Source: Longimicrobiales bacterium (GTDB lineage Bacteria > Gemmatimonadota > Gemmatimonadetes > Longimicrobiales > Gaopeijiaceae). From it: a stretch of 64,000 nt of DNA. Below the pieces are notes generated by a model. It did not search any database. It had not been told where the DNA came from and saw only the letters and a list, made by a program, of their open reading frames with translations. The stretch lies in assembly GCA_965248195.1 (NCBI GenBank), contig CBDFIQ010000001.1, forward strand, positions 1 through 64,000, written 5' to 3'. A program made the translations under genes and the position numbers. Numbering within the stretch: the first letter of the stretch is position 1; the number at the start of each line of letters is the position of its first letter. Below, one piece after another: positions 53,807-64,000 of the stretch.

Positions 53807-55030
53807 TTGATCCAAGCGAAAGCCTCCCCCGGCATCATCGTCTTCGCCCTCTGGCTTCTGGTCTTCGCCGCCAGCAGCCAGATCATGATCATCACGCCGA
53901 TCCTCCCACGGATCGGCGAGGAGCTCGGTATCGGCGAGTCCGCCCTGGGGACGCTAGTCTCGGCCTACTCGATCATGGTCGGGATCTTCGCGATCGTCGC
54001 GGGTCCCATCTCGGACAAGATCGGGCGCCGCCGGATCCTGCTCCTCGGCACGGGCGTCATGACCGGCGCCCTCCTGATGCACCATTTCGTGGTCGGTTAT
54101 TACTCTTTCCTGGCCGTTCGGGTGGGCGCCGGCTGCGCCGGGGGAATTCTCAGCGGCTCGGCCGTCTCCTATATCGGAGATTACTTCCCGTATAACCGGC
54201 GAGGGTGGGCCACCGGTTGGGTGATGAGCGGGATGGCCTTCGGCCAGATCGCCGGCATCCCGATCGGCATCGTCCTGGCCGGGGCGTACGGGTTCAAGGT
54301 GCCCTTCTATCTCTTCGCGGTCGCGATGGCTGCGACCTTCGCCTTGATCTGGTTCCGGGTCCCTCAGCCGGACGTCCAGCTTGCCGAGGGCCCCCTCACC
54401 GTTGCGAGCGCGGTGCGGAACTACCGGGCGATGCTCGCGCGAAGAGAGATCGCCGCTGCGGCCGTCGCCTACTTCACGATGTTTCTCGGCGTCTCATTCT
54501 TTGTGGTCTACCTGCCTTATTGGCTGGAGCAGTCCTTGGGCGCAACCCCCAATGCGATCGCCACCCTGTTCGTGGTCGGCGGGATCGCAAACGTCCTCAC
54601 CGGTCCGCAGGCCGGAAAGCTGTCGGATCGGATCGGCCGGAAACCCGTCATCCTTCTGTCCTGCGTCGGCCTCTCCATCGTGATGCTCCTGACGACCGTA
54701 CTCGTCCGTGAGTTCTGGGCCGCCTATTTCCTCTACTTCATTATCATGGTCCTGGTGGCAATGCGCCTCAGTCCTTTCTCGGCGTTGCTGACGGCGCTCG
54801 TGAGTGATGAACGCCGTGGCTCACTGATGAGCATGACCCTTGCTTTGGGTCAGATCGGCTTCGCGGTGGGTGCCGCCGCCGCGGGCCCGCTCTACAGCCG
54901 TTTCGGATACGGAAGCAACACGGTGCTCGCCGCCGCCGCCGTACTGATCATGGCCGGTATCGTCGCCTACCTCGTGCCGGAACCGGCACCCCAAGACGAT
55001 ACATCCCCGGTTCGTGTAACGGTGTCGTGA
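53807..55030 (+). CDS. MFS transporter
   Basis: About 12 TM segments; SDKIGRR and SDRIGRK motifs. Confidence 0.92.
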   Translation: MIQAKASPGIIVFALWLLVFAASSQIMIITPILPRIGEELGIGESALGTLVSAYSIMVGIFAIVAGPISDKIGRRRILLLGTGVMTGALLMHHFVVGYYSFLAVRVGAGCAGGILSGSAVSYIGDYFPYNRRGWATGWVMSGMAFGQIAGIPIGIVLAGAYGFKVPFYLFAVAMAATFALIWFRVPQPDVQLAEGPLTVASAVRNYRAMLARREIAAAAVAYFTMFLGVSFFVVYLPYWLEQSLGATPNAIATLFVVGGIANVLTGPQAGKLSDRIGRKPVILLSCVGLSIVMLLTTVLVREFWAAYFLYFIIMVLVAMRLSPFSALLTALVSDERRGSLMSMTLALGQIGFAVGAAAAGPLYSRFGYGSNTVLAAAAVLIMAGIVAYLVPEPAPQDDTSPVRVTVS

Positions 55031-55100
55031 CCGAGTGTAGCCGCGCCAGCGCCCTAGTCATTACCATTAGAGAATCGCAAATACCGACTGGAGGGCGACG

Positions 55101-56087
55101 TTGGCCGGATCGCCAAGGCTTGACTTCGAGCGTGACATCATGGAAGTCCAAGGACAGATCGATGGGCTCGTGGCTTCGGCCGAGCGCAGCGGCTTCGAGG
55201 TTTCCGACGAACTCAAGGAGCTCCGGACGAAATTGGATGCCCTCAAGGAATCCACGTACCAGAACCTCACCCCCATGGAGCGGGTGCAGGTTGCGCGCCA
55301 CCCGGAGCGCCCCTACACGCTCGATTACATCGAGCGGATTTTCACGGACTGGGTAGAGTTGCACGGAGACAGGGCCTTCCGGGACGACGAGGCGATCGTC
55401 GGAGGCTGGGCGGCACTCGGAGGCACTCCCGTCATGGTGATCGGCCACCAGAAAGGGCGCGACATGAAGGAGAACCTCCGCCGGAACTTCGGTATGGCGC
55501 ACCCGGAGGGCTACCGGAAGGCCTTGAGGCTCATGCGACAGGCAGAAAAATTCGGGAGGGCGGTGGTCACCTTCATCGACACCCCCGGTGCCTACCCCGG
55601 GCTCGGCTCGGAGGAGCGTGGGGTGGCGGAAGCCATTGCGATGAACCTACGGGAGATGGCGCGCCTCAGAATCCCGCTCGTGTCGGTGGTCGTCGGGGAA
55701 GGTGGCTCGGGAGGGGCGCTCGGTCTCGGTGTGACCGACCGCATCTTGATGCTCGAGCACGCCGTGTACTCTGTGATTTCGCCCGAGGGCTGTGCCGCCA
55801 TCCTGTGGCATTCTCGAGACTTCAAGGCCGAGGCGGCGGCAGCGCTCAAGATGACGTCCAAGGATCTGGTCGCGTTGGGCGTGGCCGACGAGGTCATTCC
55901 CGAACCGTCGGGAGGGGCGCATTCGGACTGGGACGCCACGGCCGCGTCCGTGAAGGAAGCCCTTGAGCGCACCCTCGAGGAACTGGGCCGGGTCAAGACA
56001 GACCGGCTGCTGAAGGCACGCTGGGCGAAGTACGAAGGGATGGGGGCGTGGGGCGAGGCGGTGGCTGATACGCCCGCCGGCGCCTGA
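55101..56087 (+). CDS. accA: Acetyl-CoA carboxylase carboxyltransferase alpha subunit
   Basis: ARHPERP, PEGYRKA, DTPGAYPG and SVISPEGCA motifs. Confidence 0.96.
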   Translation: MAGSPRLDFERDIMEVQGQIDGLVASAERSGFEVSDELKELRTKLDALKESTYQNLTPMERVQVARHPERPYTLDYIERIFTDWVELHGDRAFRDDEAIVGGWAALGGTPVMVIGHQKGRDMKENLRRNFGMAHPEGYRKALRLMRQAEKFGRAVVTFIDTPGAYPGLGSEERGVAEAIAMNLREMARLRIPLVSVVVGEGGSGGALGLGVTDRILMLEHAVYSVISPEGCAAILWHSRDFKAEAAAALKMTSKDLVALGVADEVIPEPSGGAHSDWDATAASVKEALERTLEELGRVKTDRLLKARWAKYEGMGAWGEAVADTPAGA

Positions 56088-56102
56088 GCAGCGTCCAGAT
56101 CC

Positions 56103-56936
56103 ATGGCCGGATTCGCCGAGGTTCGCTTCAAGGGTACCCGTAAGGGCTACTTCGCATACGAGACTCTCGACCTCGCTCCTGGAGCCAAGGTCATCGTTGA
56201 AGCGGATCGCGGCGAGGATCTCGGTGAGATCACCGCGCTCGGTTCGATCGCGGAGCGTAAGTGCTCGTCTTCGGGGGGGTGCTCCACACCCCTTCCCCAA
56301 ATGCGCGTTCTCCGGGTGGCCCGCGAGGCCGAAGGTGTCCGGATCGAAGAACTTCGGGCCGATGAGAGCCGCGTCCGTACAGAGACCCGTGAGCTCGTCG
56401 TGCGGCACAAGCTGAACATGAAGGTTACCGAAGCCGAGTGGCAGTTCGACAAGAACAAGTTGATCATCTACTTCACGGCGGAACGACGGGTCGACTTCCG
56501 GGCGCTGGTTCGGGATCTCGCGCGCACGTTCCGGACCCGAATCGAGCTCAAGCAGATTGGGGTCCGTGATGAAGCAGCGCTTCTGGGCGGGGTCGGGCGC
56601 TGCGGACGTGAGCTCTGTTGCTCGACCTGGTTGCCCGAGTTGAAGCCCGTGAGCCTGCAACTGGCCAAGGACCAGCTCCTGTCGCTGAACCCGGCTCAGA
56701 TCTCGGGCTGCTGCGGGCGCCTCATGTGCTGTCTCATGTACGAACACAAGACCTACGTGGAGGCCCGCCGCCGCTTCCCCAGGGAGGGCAAGACCGTTCG
56801 CACCTCCTTGGGCGAAGAGAAAGTGGTCGGAGTCGACATCCTGCGGGAGACCGTCACGCTCCGATCCGACGATGGGGAGCGCCGCACGGTATCCCTTGGA
56901 GACCTCAAGCACGAGGTCTCCGCCAAGCCCGAATGA
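56103..56936 (+). CDS. PSP1/RicT (YaaT)-like Fe-S protein
   Basis: RVDFRALVRDLA, CGRELCC and SGCCGRLMCCL motifs. Confidence 0.92.
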   Translation: MAGFAEVRFKGTRKGYFAYETLDLAPGAKVIVEADRGEDLGEITALGSIAERKCSSSGGCSTPLPQMRVLRVAREAEGVRIEELRADESRVRTETRELVVRHKLNMKVTEAEWQFDKNKLIIYFTAERRVDFRALVRDLARTFRTRIELKQIGVRDEAALLGGVGRCGRELCCSTWLPELKPVSLQLAKDQLLSLNPAQISGCCGRLMCCLMYEHKTYVEARRRFPREGKTVRTSLGEEKVVGVDILRETVTLRSDDGERRTVSLGDLKHEVSAKPE

Positions 56937-58465
56937 ATCGCCGATACCTCACGACTCCCATCTACTACGCCACGGGCGATCCCCACTTGGGGCACGCGTA
57001 TACGACCGTGCTCACGGACGCGCTGGCCCGGTACTATCGGCAGACGGGAGCGGATGTGCTTTTCCTGACCGGCACCGACGAGCACGGCCAAAAAATGCAG
57101 GAGACCGCGGCCAAGAAGGACATGACTCCCATCGAGCTCGCCGATCAGATGGCGGAGTCTTTCGACGCGGCGTGGAAGGATCTGAACATTTCGTTCGATC
57201 GTTTCATCCGGACCACCGAAGGCGAGCACGTCGGGGTCGTCACGACCTTCCTCGAGCGCCTCTGGGCCAAGGGACAGATCTACGACGACCTGTACACCGG
57301 CTGGTACTGCATCCACGAAGAACGGTACTGGACGGAGAAGGAGGTCGGAGAAGAGCACCTCTGCCCGGACTGTAAGCGCCCGGTCGAATTCGTAGAAGAG
57401 AAAAACTACTTCTTCCGCATGAGCGACTACCAGGAACGCCTGATCCGGCATATCGAAGAGCACCCTGATTGGATCGTTCCCGCGACACGCCGCAACGAAG
57501 TTCTCGGGTTCCTCAAGCAGCCCTTGCAGGATCTCTCGATCTCTCGACCCAAGTCGCGCCTTTCGTGGGGCATCACGCTCCCGTTCGATCCCGATCACGT
57601 CTGCTACGTGTGGGTGGACGCGCTCATCAACTATGTCACAGCCTCCGGTGTGTTGGACCCCGATGGCGGTCCCGATCAACCGGGCTTCACGGATCCCGGG
57701 GATTCCTGGTGGCCTGCGAGCCTGCACGTCATGGGCAAGGACATCATCACGACACACGCGGTTTACTGGCCGACGCTTCTCATGGCCGCGGGCCTTCCGC
57801 TGCCGGAGCGAATTCTCGCGCACGGCTGGTGGGTGATGGACGAGGCGAAGATGTCCAAGTCGATGGGCAACGTCGTCGACCCTCTGGCGCTCCGTGAGGA
57901 CTACGGTACCGACGGCGTCCGCTGGTACCTGCTCCGCGACATGCCCACCGGGTCGGACGCGTCGTATACGCCCGAGCGCTTTCAGGCGCGCTACGACGAA
58001 ATCGCCAACGTTTTCGGCAACCTGGCCAACCGCGCCATTTCCATGATCGACAAGTACCGGGACGGGATCATCCCGGAGTCGGCGGGGGGCGGCTTGGACG
58101 GAGAGATCGCATCGACCTTGAGTGCGGTGACCGAGCACATGAATGCACTGCAGGTCCATGACGCCATGGCCGCGGGCATGGAGCTAGCCAGGACGGCCAA
58201 CGGCTACGTGGACAGCCGCAAGCCGTGGGCGCAAGCCAAGGACGCCTCCCGTGCGGACGATCTCGACGAAACCCTCGCAACGCTCGCCCGGGTGCTGACC
58301 GTTCTGAGCGCTCTTTTTCTTCCCGTGACACCGCAAAAAATGGCGGTCCTCGCCCGCCATTTGGGTTTGGAGTCCGTGCCGACCTTCGAGCAAGCTCGCT
58401 CCATACCGCTCGGAGGTCTGAGGGTCGAAAAGGGCGCCCCCCTCTTCCCTCGGCCGGAACGGTAG
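56933..58465 (+). CDS. metG: Methionine--tRNA ligase (short form)
   Basis: TTPIYY, HLGH, GTDEHGQK and KMSKS motifs. Confidence 0.96.
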   Translation: MNRRYLTTPIYYATGDPHLGHAYTTVLTDALARYYRQTGADVLFLTGTDEHGQKMQETAAKKDMTPIELADQMAESFDAAWKDLNISFDRFIRTTEGEHVGVVTTFLERLWAKGQIYDDLYTGWYCIHEERYWTEKEVGEEHLCPDCKRPVEFVEEKNYFFRMSDYQERLIRHIEEHPDWIVPATRRNEVLGFLKQPLQDLSISRPKSRLSWGITLPFDPDHVCYVWVDALINYVTASGVLDPDGGPDQPGFTDPGDSWWPASLHVMGKDIITTHAVYWPTLLMAAGLPLPERILAHGWWVMDEAKMSKSMGNVVDPLALREDYGTDGVRWYLLRDMPTGSDASYTPERFQARYDEIANVFGNLANRAISMIDKYRDGIIPESAGGGLDGEIASTLSAVTEHMNALQVHDAMAAGMELARTANGYVDSRKPWAQAKDASRADDLDETLATLARVLTVLSALFLPVTPQKMAVLARHLGLESVPTFEQARSIPLGGLRVEKGAPLFPRPER

Positions 58466-58599
58466 CGGGGCCCGCTTGACACTCTCCAACGGCCCCGAAT
58501 ATCTTTCCCGCCCTTCACCGACGGAGCACCTATTGGTGGGGGAGCGCTTCGCCCTCGATGGACCGAGAGACTCGGCCCGCGATCAGGACAGACCCGACT

Positions 58600-59541
58600 A
58601 TGACGAATCCACGGTGGACCTTTCTCTGCGTCACAGAGAAAGACCCTCACGTGCGGCAGTTCAGCTTGTCTGCCGGTGCGGTACGCTATTTTCCATCTCT
58701 GGCGGCCGCCGCCGTCACGGTCCTGACCGCACTGGGCATGATCGTCGCTATCGACGGGGCGGCCCGCCTCGAAGTCGGAAAGCTTCGCGGCGAAAAGGCC
58801 GCGATCTCGCGAGAAGTCGAGTCGATACGGACACGGGTCAGCGCGATGGAAGGGTCCATCGATGGATTCGTCGAGACCAACGAGCAGTTTCGGGTTCTCG
58901 CAGGTCTAAGTCCGATCGACGCCGAAATTTTCGAAGTGGGCGTCGGTGGACCGGGCATGACGACGCCCGTGTCCCATCCGATGTGGGAGACGGATCCGTT
59001 GACCGCCGAGGCCGTCTTCACCACGGCTTACGACCTCGGGGCCTTGGAGCGGCGAGCTACTCTCCTCTCGCAGAGCATGGCGCAGGCCATGGAAAGCCTC
59101 GTGACGAACTACGCTCTTCTCGAGGCGACTCCCTCCATCGTGCCGACCGCGGGTCAGGGAATCGAAAGGGTCAGCAGCGGCTTCAGCCGAGCCCGATTAC
59201 ATCCCCTCTACCACGAGGCGTTGCCGCACGTCGGTATCGATCTGAGCGCGGTGGAGGGCACGCCGATTCTTTCGGCCGCGAAAGGAGTCGTCTCATATGC
59301 GGGCTGGAAGTCGGGGTACGGATATACCGTCGAGGTCGATCACGGCTTCGGATACATGACTCGTTATGCGCATGCCTCCAATCTTCTCGTAGCGCGGGGG
59401 CAAGCGGTGGCACGGAACGAGGTTGTCGCTCAGGTCGGCAGGAGCGGCACGGTTACGGCAAGCCATCTCCACTACGAAGTCTGGGTGGATGGCGTGGCCG
59501 AGGACCCCTTCGATTACATTCTGCAGGGAGTGATCCCCTAG
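58600..59541 (+). CDS. M23 family peptidase
   Basis: HVGID, YAH and HLHYEV motifs; TM plus coiled-coil N-terminus. Start may be 58558. Confidence 0.9.
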   Translation: MTNPRWTFLCVTEKDPHVRQFSLSAGAVRYFPSLAAAAVTVLTALGMIVAIDGAARLEVGKLRGEKAAISREVESIRTRVSAMEGSIDGFVETNEQFRVLAGLSPIDAEIFEVGVGGPGMTTPVSHPMWETDPLTAEAVFTTAYDLGALERRATLLSQSMAQAMESLVTNYALLEATPSIVPTAGQGIERVSSGFSRARLHPLYHEALPHVGIDLSAVEGTPILSAAKGVVSYAGWKSGYGYTVEVDHGFGYMTRYAHASNLLVARGQAVARNEVVAQVGRSGTVTASHLHYEVWVDGVAEDPFDYILQGVIP

Positions 59542-59558
59542 CGTGAATCTTACCGGAG

Positions 59559-60341
59559 TTGGACATGACGCATAGCAAGTTTCTGCTGGCCCTTCTGGGG
59601 ACGGCGCTTCTCTCCGCTTGCGGCCCTACGCAGGTTGTGGTTACCGCGGAGATCGGCGCGGAGGACCCGAGCCAGGGTGCCGAGCCCAGGGCGTTGGGCG
59701 ACCTCGAAATTCGCATGTTCCCGTATGATCGGGACGCCATTTTCGATTCGTTGACGGCCGCGGCCACGACTCCCGAGCCAGCGATACCGGACTCGGTAGT
59801 CGATGCGCAGAATCAGGTGGCCGCAGCTCAGCAGGCCTGGCGCGACATGGAGGCCCGGTGGAACGTCCTTCGAGACACCCTTCAGACCCTGACCGAGGAG
59901 CTCGACCAGTTGAGCCGTGGTCAGGCGCAGTACCGAGTTCTCTTCCTGGATTTTCAGGAGTTGGACGAGGAGTACGCAAGAGTGGAACGGCAGCGCGACG
60001 CGACATTTGAAAACTTCACGTCCCTCCAATCCGCCTCCGTAGCGGCCGCTGAAGAGAGCCGTTTGCTCCGTGAGCAGTGGGCGGACGAGGCGTTCGCCGA
60101 CGTCGGCGCGGCGATGGTCCTGCACGAACGGGCCAGCGGACTCCTGACGCTTTACGATACGACGGATGCCAGTGGCATCGCCGACGGGTTTGAGGCCGGG
60201 GCCGGAGATTATTGGATAACGGCCCGGTACGAGCTCCCCTACACGGAGCTGTACTGGAACGTCGCCGTAACGGTGGTCCGCGGCGAGCCCGCACAGTTCC
60301 GCCTCACGCGAGAGAACGCCTCGGTCCGACCGAACTTGTAA
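59559..60341 (+). CDS. Hypothetical lipoprotein
   Basis: Lipobox LSAC; coiled-coil middle region. Confidence 0.75.
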   Translation: MDMTHSKFLLALLGTALLSACGPTQVVVTAEIGAEDPSQGAEPRALGDLEIRMFPYDRDAIFDSLTAAATTPEPAIPDSVVDAQNQVAAAQQAWRDMEARWNVLRDTLQTLTEELDQLSRGQAQYRVLFLDFQELDEEYARVERQRDATFENFTSLQSASVAAAEESRLLREQWADEAFADVGAAMVLHERASGLLTLYDTTDASGIADGFEAGAGDYWITARYELPYTELYWNVAVTVVRGEPAQFRLTRENASVRPNL

Positions 60342-60362
60342 ACATTCGGGAGACTCGACCGC

Positions 60363-60402
60363 GAGAAGCCCCGCGGGCCCTGAGCGGCCTCCGGGGTTTT
60401 TC
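60363..60402 (+). terminator. Putative intrinsic terminator
   Basis: AAGCCCCG...CGGGGTTTTT hairpin with a T tract. Confidence 0.55.
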
Positions 60403-60415
60403 AATAGCTTAGGCC

Positions 60416-62590
60416 ATGAGCACGCACCCTTTGCCCGACACCAATCCGACGCTTCACGTCGACGAGAAGGGGGTCGCCTGGATCACGTTCGACGACCCTG
60501 AGCGGAAGGTGAACGTGCTCACGGAGCAAATACTTACACGTCTGGATGAGCAGCTCGGTGAGCTTCGGAATCTGGCGCTTCACAGCAGGGTGCACGTGGT
60601 CGTGCTTTTGAGCGGGAAGAGCGGGTTCTTCGCGGGAGCGGACCTCGCAGTAATTGAAGCCCTCGAGGACCCGGCGGAGGGCGCGGAGGGCTCCCGGTTC
60701 GGACAGCGAATCTTCCGTTCCCTGAGAGAAGTGGGCGTCCCGACCGTCGCGGCGATACACGGGATCTGCCTGGGTGGCGGGCTGGAGATGGCGCTCGCCT
60801 GCAGTCATCGCGTGGCTTCTGACGCACCCTCCACGAAGATGGGTCTGCCCGAGGTACTCCTCGGAATTCTTCCGGCGTGGGGAGGCACCACCCGGCTCCC
60901 CCGCCTGATCGGGGTCCAGGCGTCCTTGGATCTGATGCTGAGCGGGCGTCAGGTGTCGTCTTCGGCGGCGCGGCGCATGGGGCTCGTGGACGAGGTCGTA
61001 CCGGCGGATCTCTTCCGAGACAAGGTCACCGCGTTCGCAGCAGCGGCGGCCGCGAGCCCAACCAAGAGATCATCTGTGCAACGCCCTCTCCGGAAGCGCC
61101 TGATGGACGATACTGGCCTGGGCCGCCTGGCGGTCCTGGCTATCGCGAAGAAGCGGGTCATGGCGCAGACGGGTGGCCACTACCCGGCGCCCTTGAAGAT
61201 CCTCGAGGTCGTGGGCCGGAGCGCGAACAAGCGAATTGGGAAGGCCCTCGAGATCGAAGCGAGAGCCGCCGGAGAGCTCGTCGCAACCCCCGTCAGCAAG
61301 AATCTGATCCACGTCTTCCACCTCCGAGAGGAGGCACGCAAGAGGACCGGCGTCGACGACGAGACCGTCGAGCCCGGGCGGGTAGAGTACCTTGCGGTGC
61401 TCGGGGCCGGCGTCATGGGCGGCGGAATCGCGCAACTCGCCGCCTACCGGGGCGTTCACGTGCGCATGAAGGACATTCGCCACGAGGCGGTCGCGAGCGG
61501 CCTTCTGCACGCCCGGAAGCTTTTCACCGGACTGGTGAAGCGCAGAAAGCTTCGGCGCCGCGAGGCCGATCAGCGAATGACGCTCATCTCCGGTGGTCTC
61601 GGATACGACGGATTTGAGCGGCAGGACCTGGTCGTCGAGGCGGTCGTGGAAAAGATGGACATCAAGCGGATCGTCCTGAGAGAGATAGAGGATGCGGTTC
61701 GGAGAGGGTGCATCTTGGCCACGAACACATCTTCACTGTCCGTGGACGAAATGGCGTCTTCCTTGGCCCGGCCGGAAAACTTCGTGGGCATGCACTTCTT
61801 CAACCCTGTCCACCGAATGCCCCTGGTCGAAGTCGTACGCGGGGCGCGGAGCAGTGACCTCGCGGTAGCAACCACGTATGCGCTCGCACTCACACTCGGC
61901 AAAGTACCGGTGGTGACCAACGACGGACCCGGCTTCTTGGTGAATCGCATTCTGGGCCCGTACATGAACGAGGCGGGCTTTCTACTCGCGAACGGAGCCA
62001 GTATCGAAGCCGTGGACCGCGCCGCCAGGAAATTCGGAATGCCCATGGGCCCGCTGCGACTGGTGGACGAGATCGGCATCGACATCAGCCGGCACGCCGG
62101 GCAGTCGCTGTATGAAGCGCTCGGCGACCGGTTGACTCCCTCCGCGCCGCTCGTGGCGCTAGCCGACAGTGGGCGTTTGGGGAAGAAGGGGGGCCTCGGC
62201 TTCTACCGTTACGAGAACGGCAAGGAGAAGGGGTCCGATCCAGAGATTTACGCCGTCCTCTCCAGAGCCGTGCCGAAAGTTCGTGCGACTCTAGGGGAGC
62301 GCGAGATCCGTGGCCGTCTTGGCCTCGCGATGGTGAACGAGGCCGCTCGGGTTCTGGAGGAGGGCATCGTCCAACGAGCGAGTGACGTGGATCTCGGGAT
62401 GATCATGGGGACGGGATTTCCGCCTTTCCGTGGCGGCCTTCTCCGGTTCGCGGACACGATTCACACCCGGACCATCTTGAGCCGCTTGGAGGAGCTCGAG
62501 GAGCGGCACGGCGCCCGTTTCGCTCCCGCCGAACTCATTCGCCGTCTCGCCCGGGAGAACCGTGGGTTCTATGAGTCGTTCCCAAGCTGA
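60416..62590 (+). CDS. fadJ: Fatty acid oxidation multifunctional enzyme (enoyl-CoA hydratase/3-hydroxyacyl-CoA dehydrogenase)
   Basis: FFAGADL, GGGLE, GAGVMGGGI and GMHFFNP motifs. Confidence 0.9.
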   Translation: MSTHPLPDTNPTLHVDEKGVAWITFDDPERKVNVLTEQILTRLDEQLGELRNLALHSRVHVVVLLSGKSGFFAGADLAVIEALEDPAEGAEGSRFGQRIFRSLREVGVPTVAAIHGICLGGGLEMALACSHRVASDAPSTKMGLPEVLLGILPAWGGTTRLPRLIGVQASLDLMLSGRQVSSSAARRMGLVDEVVPADLFRDKVTAFAAAAAASPTKRSSVQRPLRKRLMDDTGLGRLAVLAIAKKRVMAQTGGHYPAPLKILEVVGRSANKRIGKALEIEARAAGELVATPVSKNLIHVFHLREEARKRTGVDDETVEPGRVEYLAVLGAGVMGGGIAQLAAYRGVHVRMKDIRHEAVASGLLHARKLFTGLVKRRKLRRREADQRMTLISGGLGYDGFERQDLVVEAVVEKMDIKRIVLREIEDAVRRGCILATNTSSLSVDEMASSLARPENFVGMHFFNPVHRMPLVEVVRGARSSDLAVATTYALALTLGKVPVVTNDGPGFLVNRILGPYMNEAGFLLANGASIEAVDRAARKFGMPMGPLRLVDEIGIDISRHAGQSLYEALGDRLTPSAPLVALADSGRLGKKGGLGFYRYENGKEKGSDPEIYAVLSRAVPKVRATLGEREIRGRLGLAMVNEAARVLEEGIVQRASDVDLGMIMGTGFPPFRGGLLRFADTIHTRTILSRLEELEERHGARFAPAELIRRLARENRGFYESFPS

Positions 62591-63197
62591 AATCTGGGGG
62601 GTGATTCCCTGCTCCGGCAGTTCGACCCGGATGGGCACGCCCAAGGCGATGCTCGACGCCGGAGGACAAACGTTCATCGAACGTGTGATTCACGTACATC
62701 GAGCCGGGGGCTGCAGTCGGGTGCTCGTCGCACTCCCGACGCTGGATGGGCCGGTAGCCGCCAAGGCCGTCGAGGCGGGCGCTCAAGTTGTGGAGAACCC
62801 ATCCCCGGAGGACGGCCCAATCGGGTCACTGCGGGCGTCACTCCGGGTCCTCGATGAAACAATCGAGGGCATTTCATTTTGCCCGGTAGATCATCCCTTG
62901 ATCCACGAAGACACCGTAAAAAAACTCATCGACGTGTTTCGGCAGACCCAGGCGCCGCTGGTCGTGCCTGCCTTCAACGGCAAGCGCGGTCATCCCGTGC
63001 TCTTCAGAAGGATGCTCTTCGAGGAGCTCCTGAATGACGCCCTACCGGAGGGAGCCCGCACCGTGGTGCACAGGCATCTCGACGACACCGCGTCGGTCCC
63101 GGTCGACGATGAAGGCACCGTCATCGATATCGACGATATGACCGCGTACCGCCGTCACTGCCCCGACCCGTATCGCCTTCACGTCCAAGGCCGATGA
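62571..63197 (+). CDS. MocA/MobA-like nucleotidyltransferase
   Basis: GSSTRMGTPKA, VDHP, GHPVLF and DIDD motifs. Confidence 0.85.
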   Translation: MSRSQAEIWGVIPCSGSSTRMGTPKAMLDAGGQTFIERVIHVHRAGGCSRVLVALPTLDGPVAAKAVEAGAQVVENPSPEDGPIGSLRASLRVLDETIEGISFCPVDHPLIHEDTVKKLIDVFRQTQAPLVVPAFNGKRGHPVLFRRMLFEELLNDALPEGARTVVHRHLDDTASVPVDDEGTVIDIDDMTAYRRHCPDPYRLHVQGR

Positions 63198-64000
63198 CCG
63201 ATCCTGGTGACGCCCCACTCACGCCCGTGGAGGCGACGGCAGAAGTGCTCGATGCCCAGAAGGCTCGCCATCCGATTGCGCTCATGGTTGCCGTGTCCGG
63301 CGCTTCGCAGCTCGTAGGCAAGCGGGTGGTCGTCCGTCAGGCGAAGGGCGGGGCCAAACGCCTCGTGGGTTCGTTCGGCGACGCCGATCTCGACGACGGG
63401 GCGTTGGCGCTGGGCACGCAGAGGCTCGAGGACCGGAGAGTCTCCACGCAAGGTGTGCACGAGCTGAAAACGGCTTCCGGCCCGGCGATCCAGGTGTATG
63501 TCGAGGCGCATTACCCCCACCCGGAGCTGGTGATCGTCGGCGCCGGCCATATCGCACAGCCTCTGTGCTCCATGGGTGCGTTGATGGGCTTTCGCGTCAT
63601 CGTCGTGGACGATCGGCCCGACTTCGCCACCCGGGAGCGCTTCCCCGAAGCCGACCGCGTGGTCGGGGTCGATTTCAGGGATCCATTCGCGGACGTCCCC
63701 ATCCACTCGACGAGTTACGTCGTGCTGGTGACCCGGGGCCACAAGTACGACTTCGAGTGCCTGCGCCACTTGCTGAAAACCGAGGTGGAGCCACCTTACG
63801 TGGGCATGATCGGAAGCCGGCGGCGCATACGAGCGGCCTACTCACAGCTCCAAGGCGAAGGAATGCCTAAGGATCGGCTGTCCCGGGTACGTGCCCCGGT
63901 TGGTCTGGACATCGGGGCCGAGACCCCCGTTGAAATCGCCGTCGCAGTCGCGGCGGAGATCGTCCTGCAGTGGAGAGGCGGCACCGGCGCCCCTATGGCG
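63194..64000 (+). CDS. XdhC family protein, partial
   Basis: Manual translation: IVGAGHIA...DDRPDFATRERFP...TRGHKYD...GMIGSRRR...APVGLDIGAETPVEIA. Confidence 0.9.
   Translation, partial: MTDPGDAPLTPVEATAEVLDAQKARHPIALMVAVSGASQLVGKRVVVRQAKGGAKRLVGSFGDADLDDGALALGTQRLEDRRVSTQGVHELKTASGPAIQVYVEAHYPHPELVIVGAGHIAQPLCSMGALMGFRVIVVDDRPDFATRERFPEADRVVGVDFRDPFADVPIHSTSYVVLVTRGHKYDFECLRHLLKTEVEPPYVGMIGSRRRIRAAYSQLQGEGMPKDRLSRVRAPVGLDIGAETPVEIAVAVAAEIVLQWRGGTGAPMA

Noticed and set aside
56753..58159. 468-aa minus-strand ORF
   Set aside because: Antisense shadow of metG.

Overview
High-GC bacterial window. Gene content suggests Gemmatimonadota, which is an inference. 1-33.8 kb holds mostly periplasmic and redox genes: a redoxin fusion, a PQQ dehydrogenase with a lanthanide-type D-x-D motif plus a di-heme cytochrome, an OsmC-like protein with an in-frame TGA (predicted selenocysteine), two tandem PAL-like NHL proteins, iorAB with mocA/xdhC, and a Cu-monooxygenase-like cytochrome/DUF1592/DUF1552/ankyrin cluster. 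33.9-48.5 kb is a fragmented integron cassette array on the minus strand. It has a putative attI, five attC sites and no integrase in the window. Its cassettes are SnoaL-like, BioY, PadR plus LptF/G-like, VOC and a RelE toxin-antitoxin pair. The array is invaded by two attC-inserted IS110/IS1111 elements, an IS481, several IS256 copies and IS30 remnants. The intact IS1111-type element has a downstream non-coding region with sequences matching both strands of its attC target and its own end junction, consistent with a bridge/seek RNA. 48.8-64 kb holds metabolic and housekeeping genes (accA, PSP1, metG, M23 peptidase, fadJ-like, mocA-like, xdhC) and an IS256-associated deletion.
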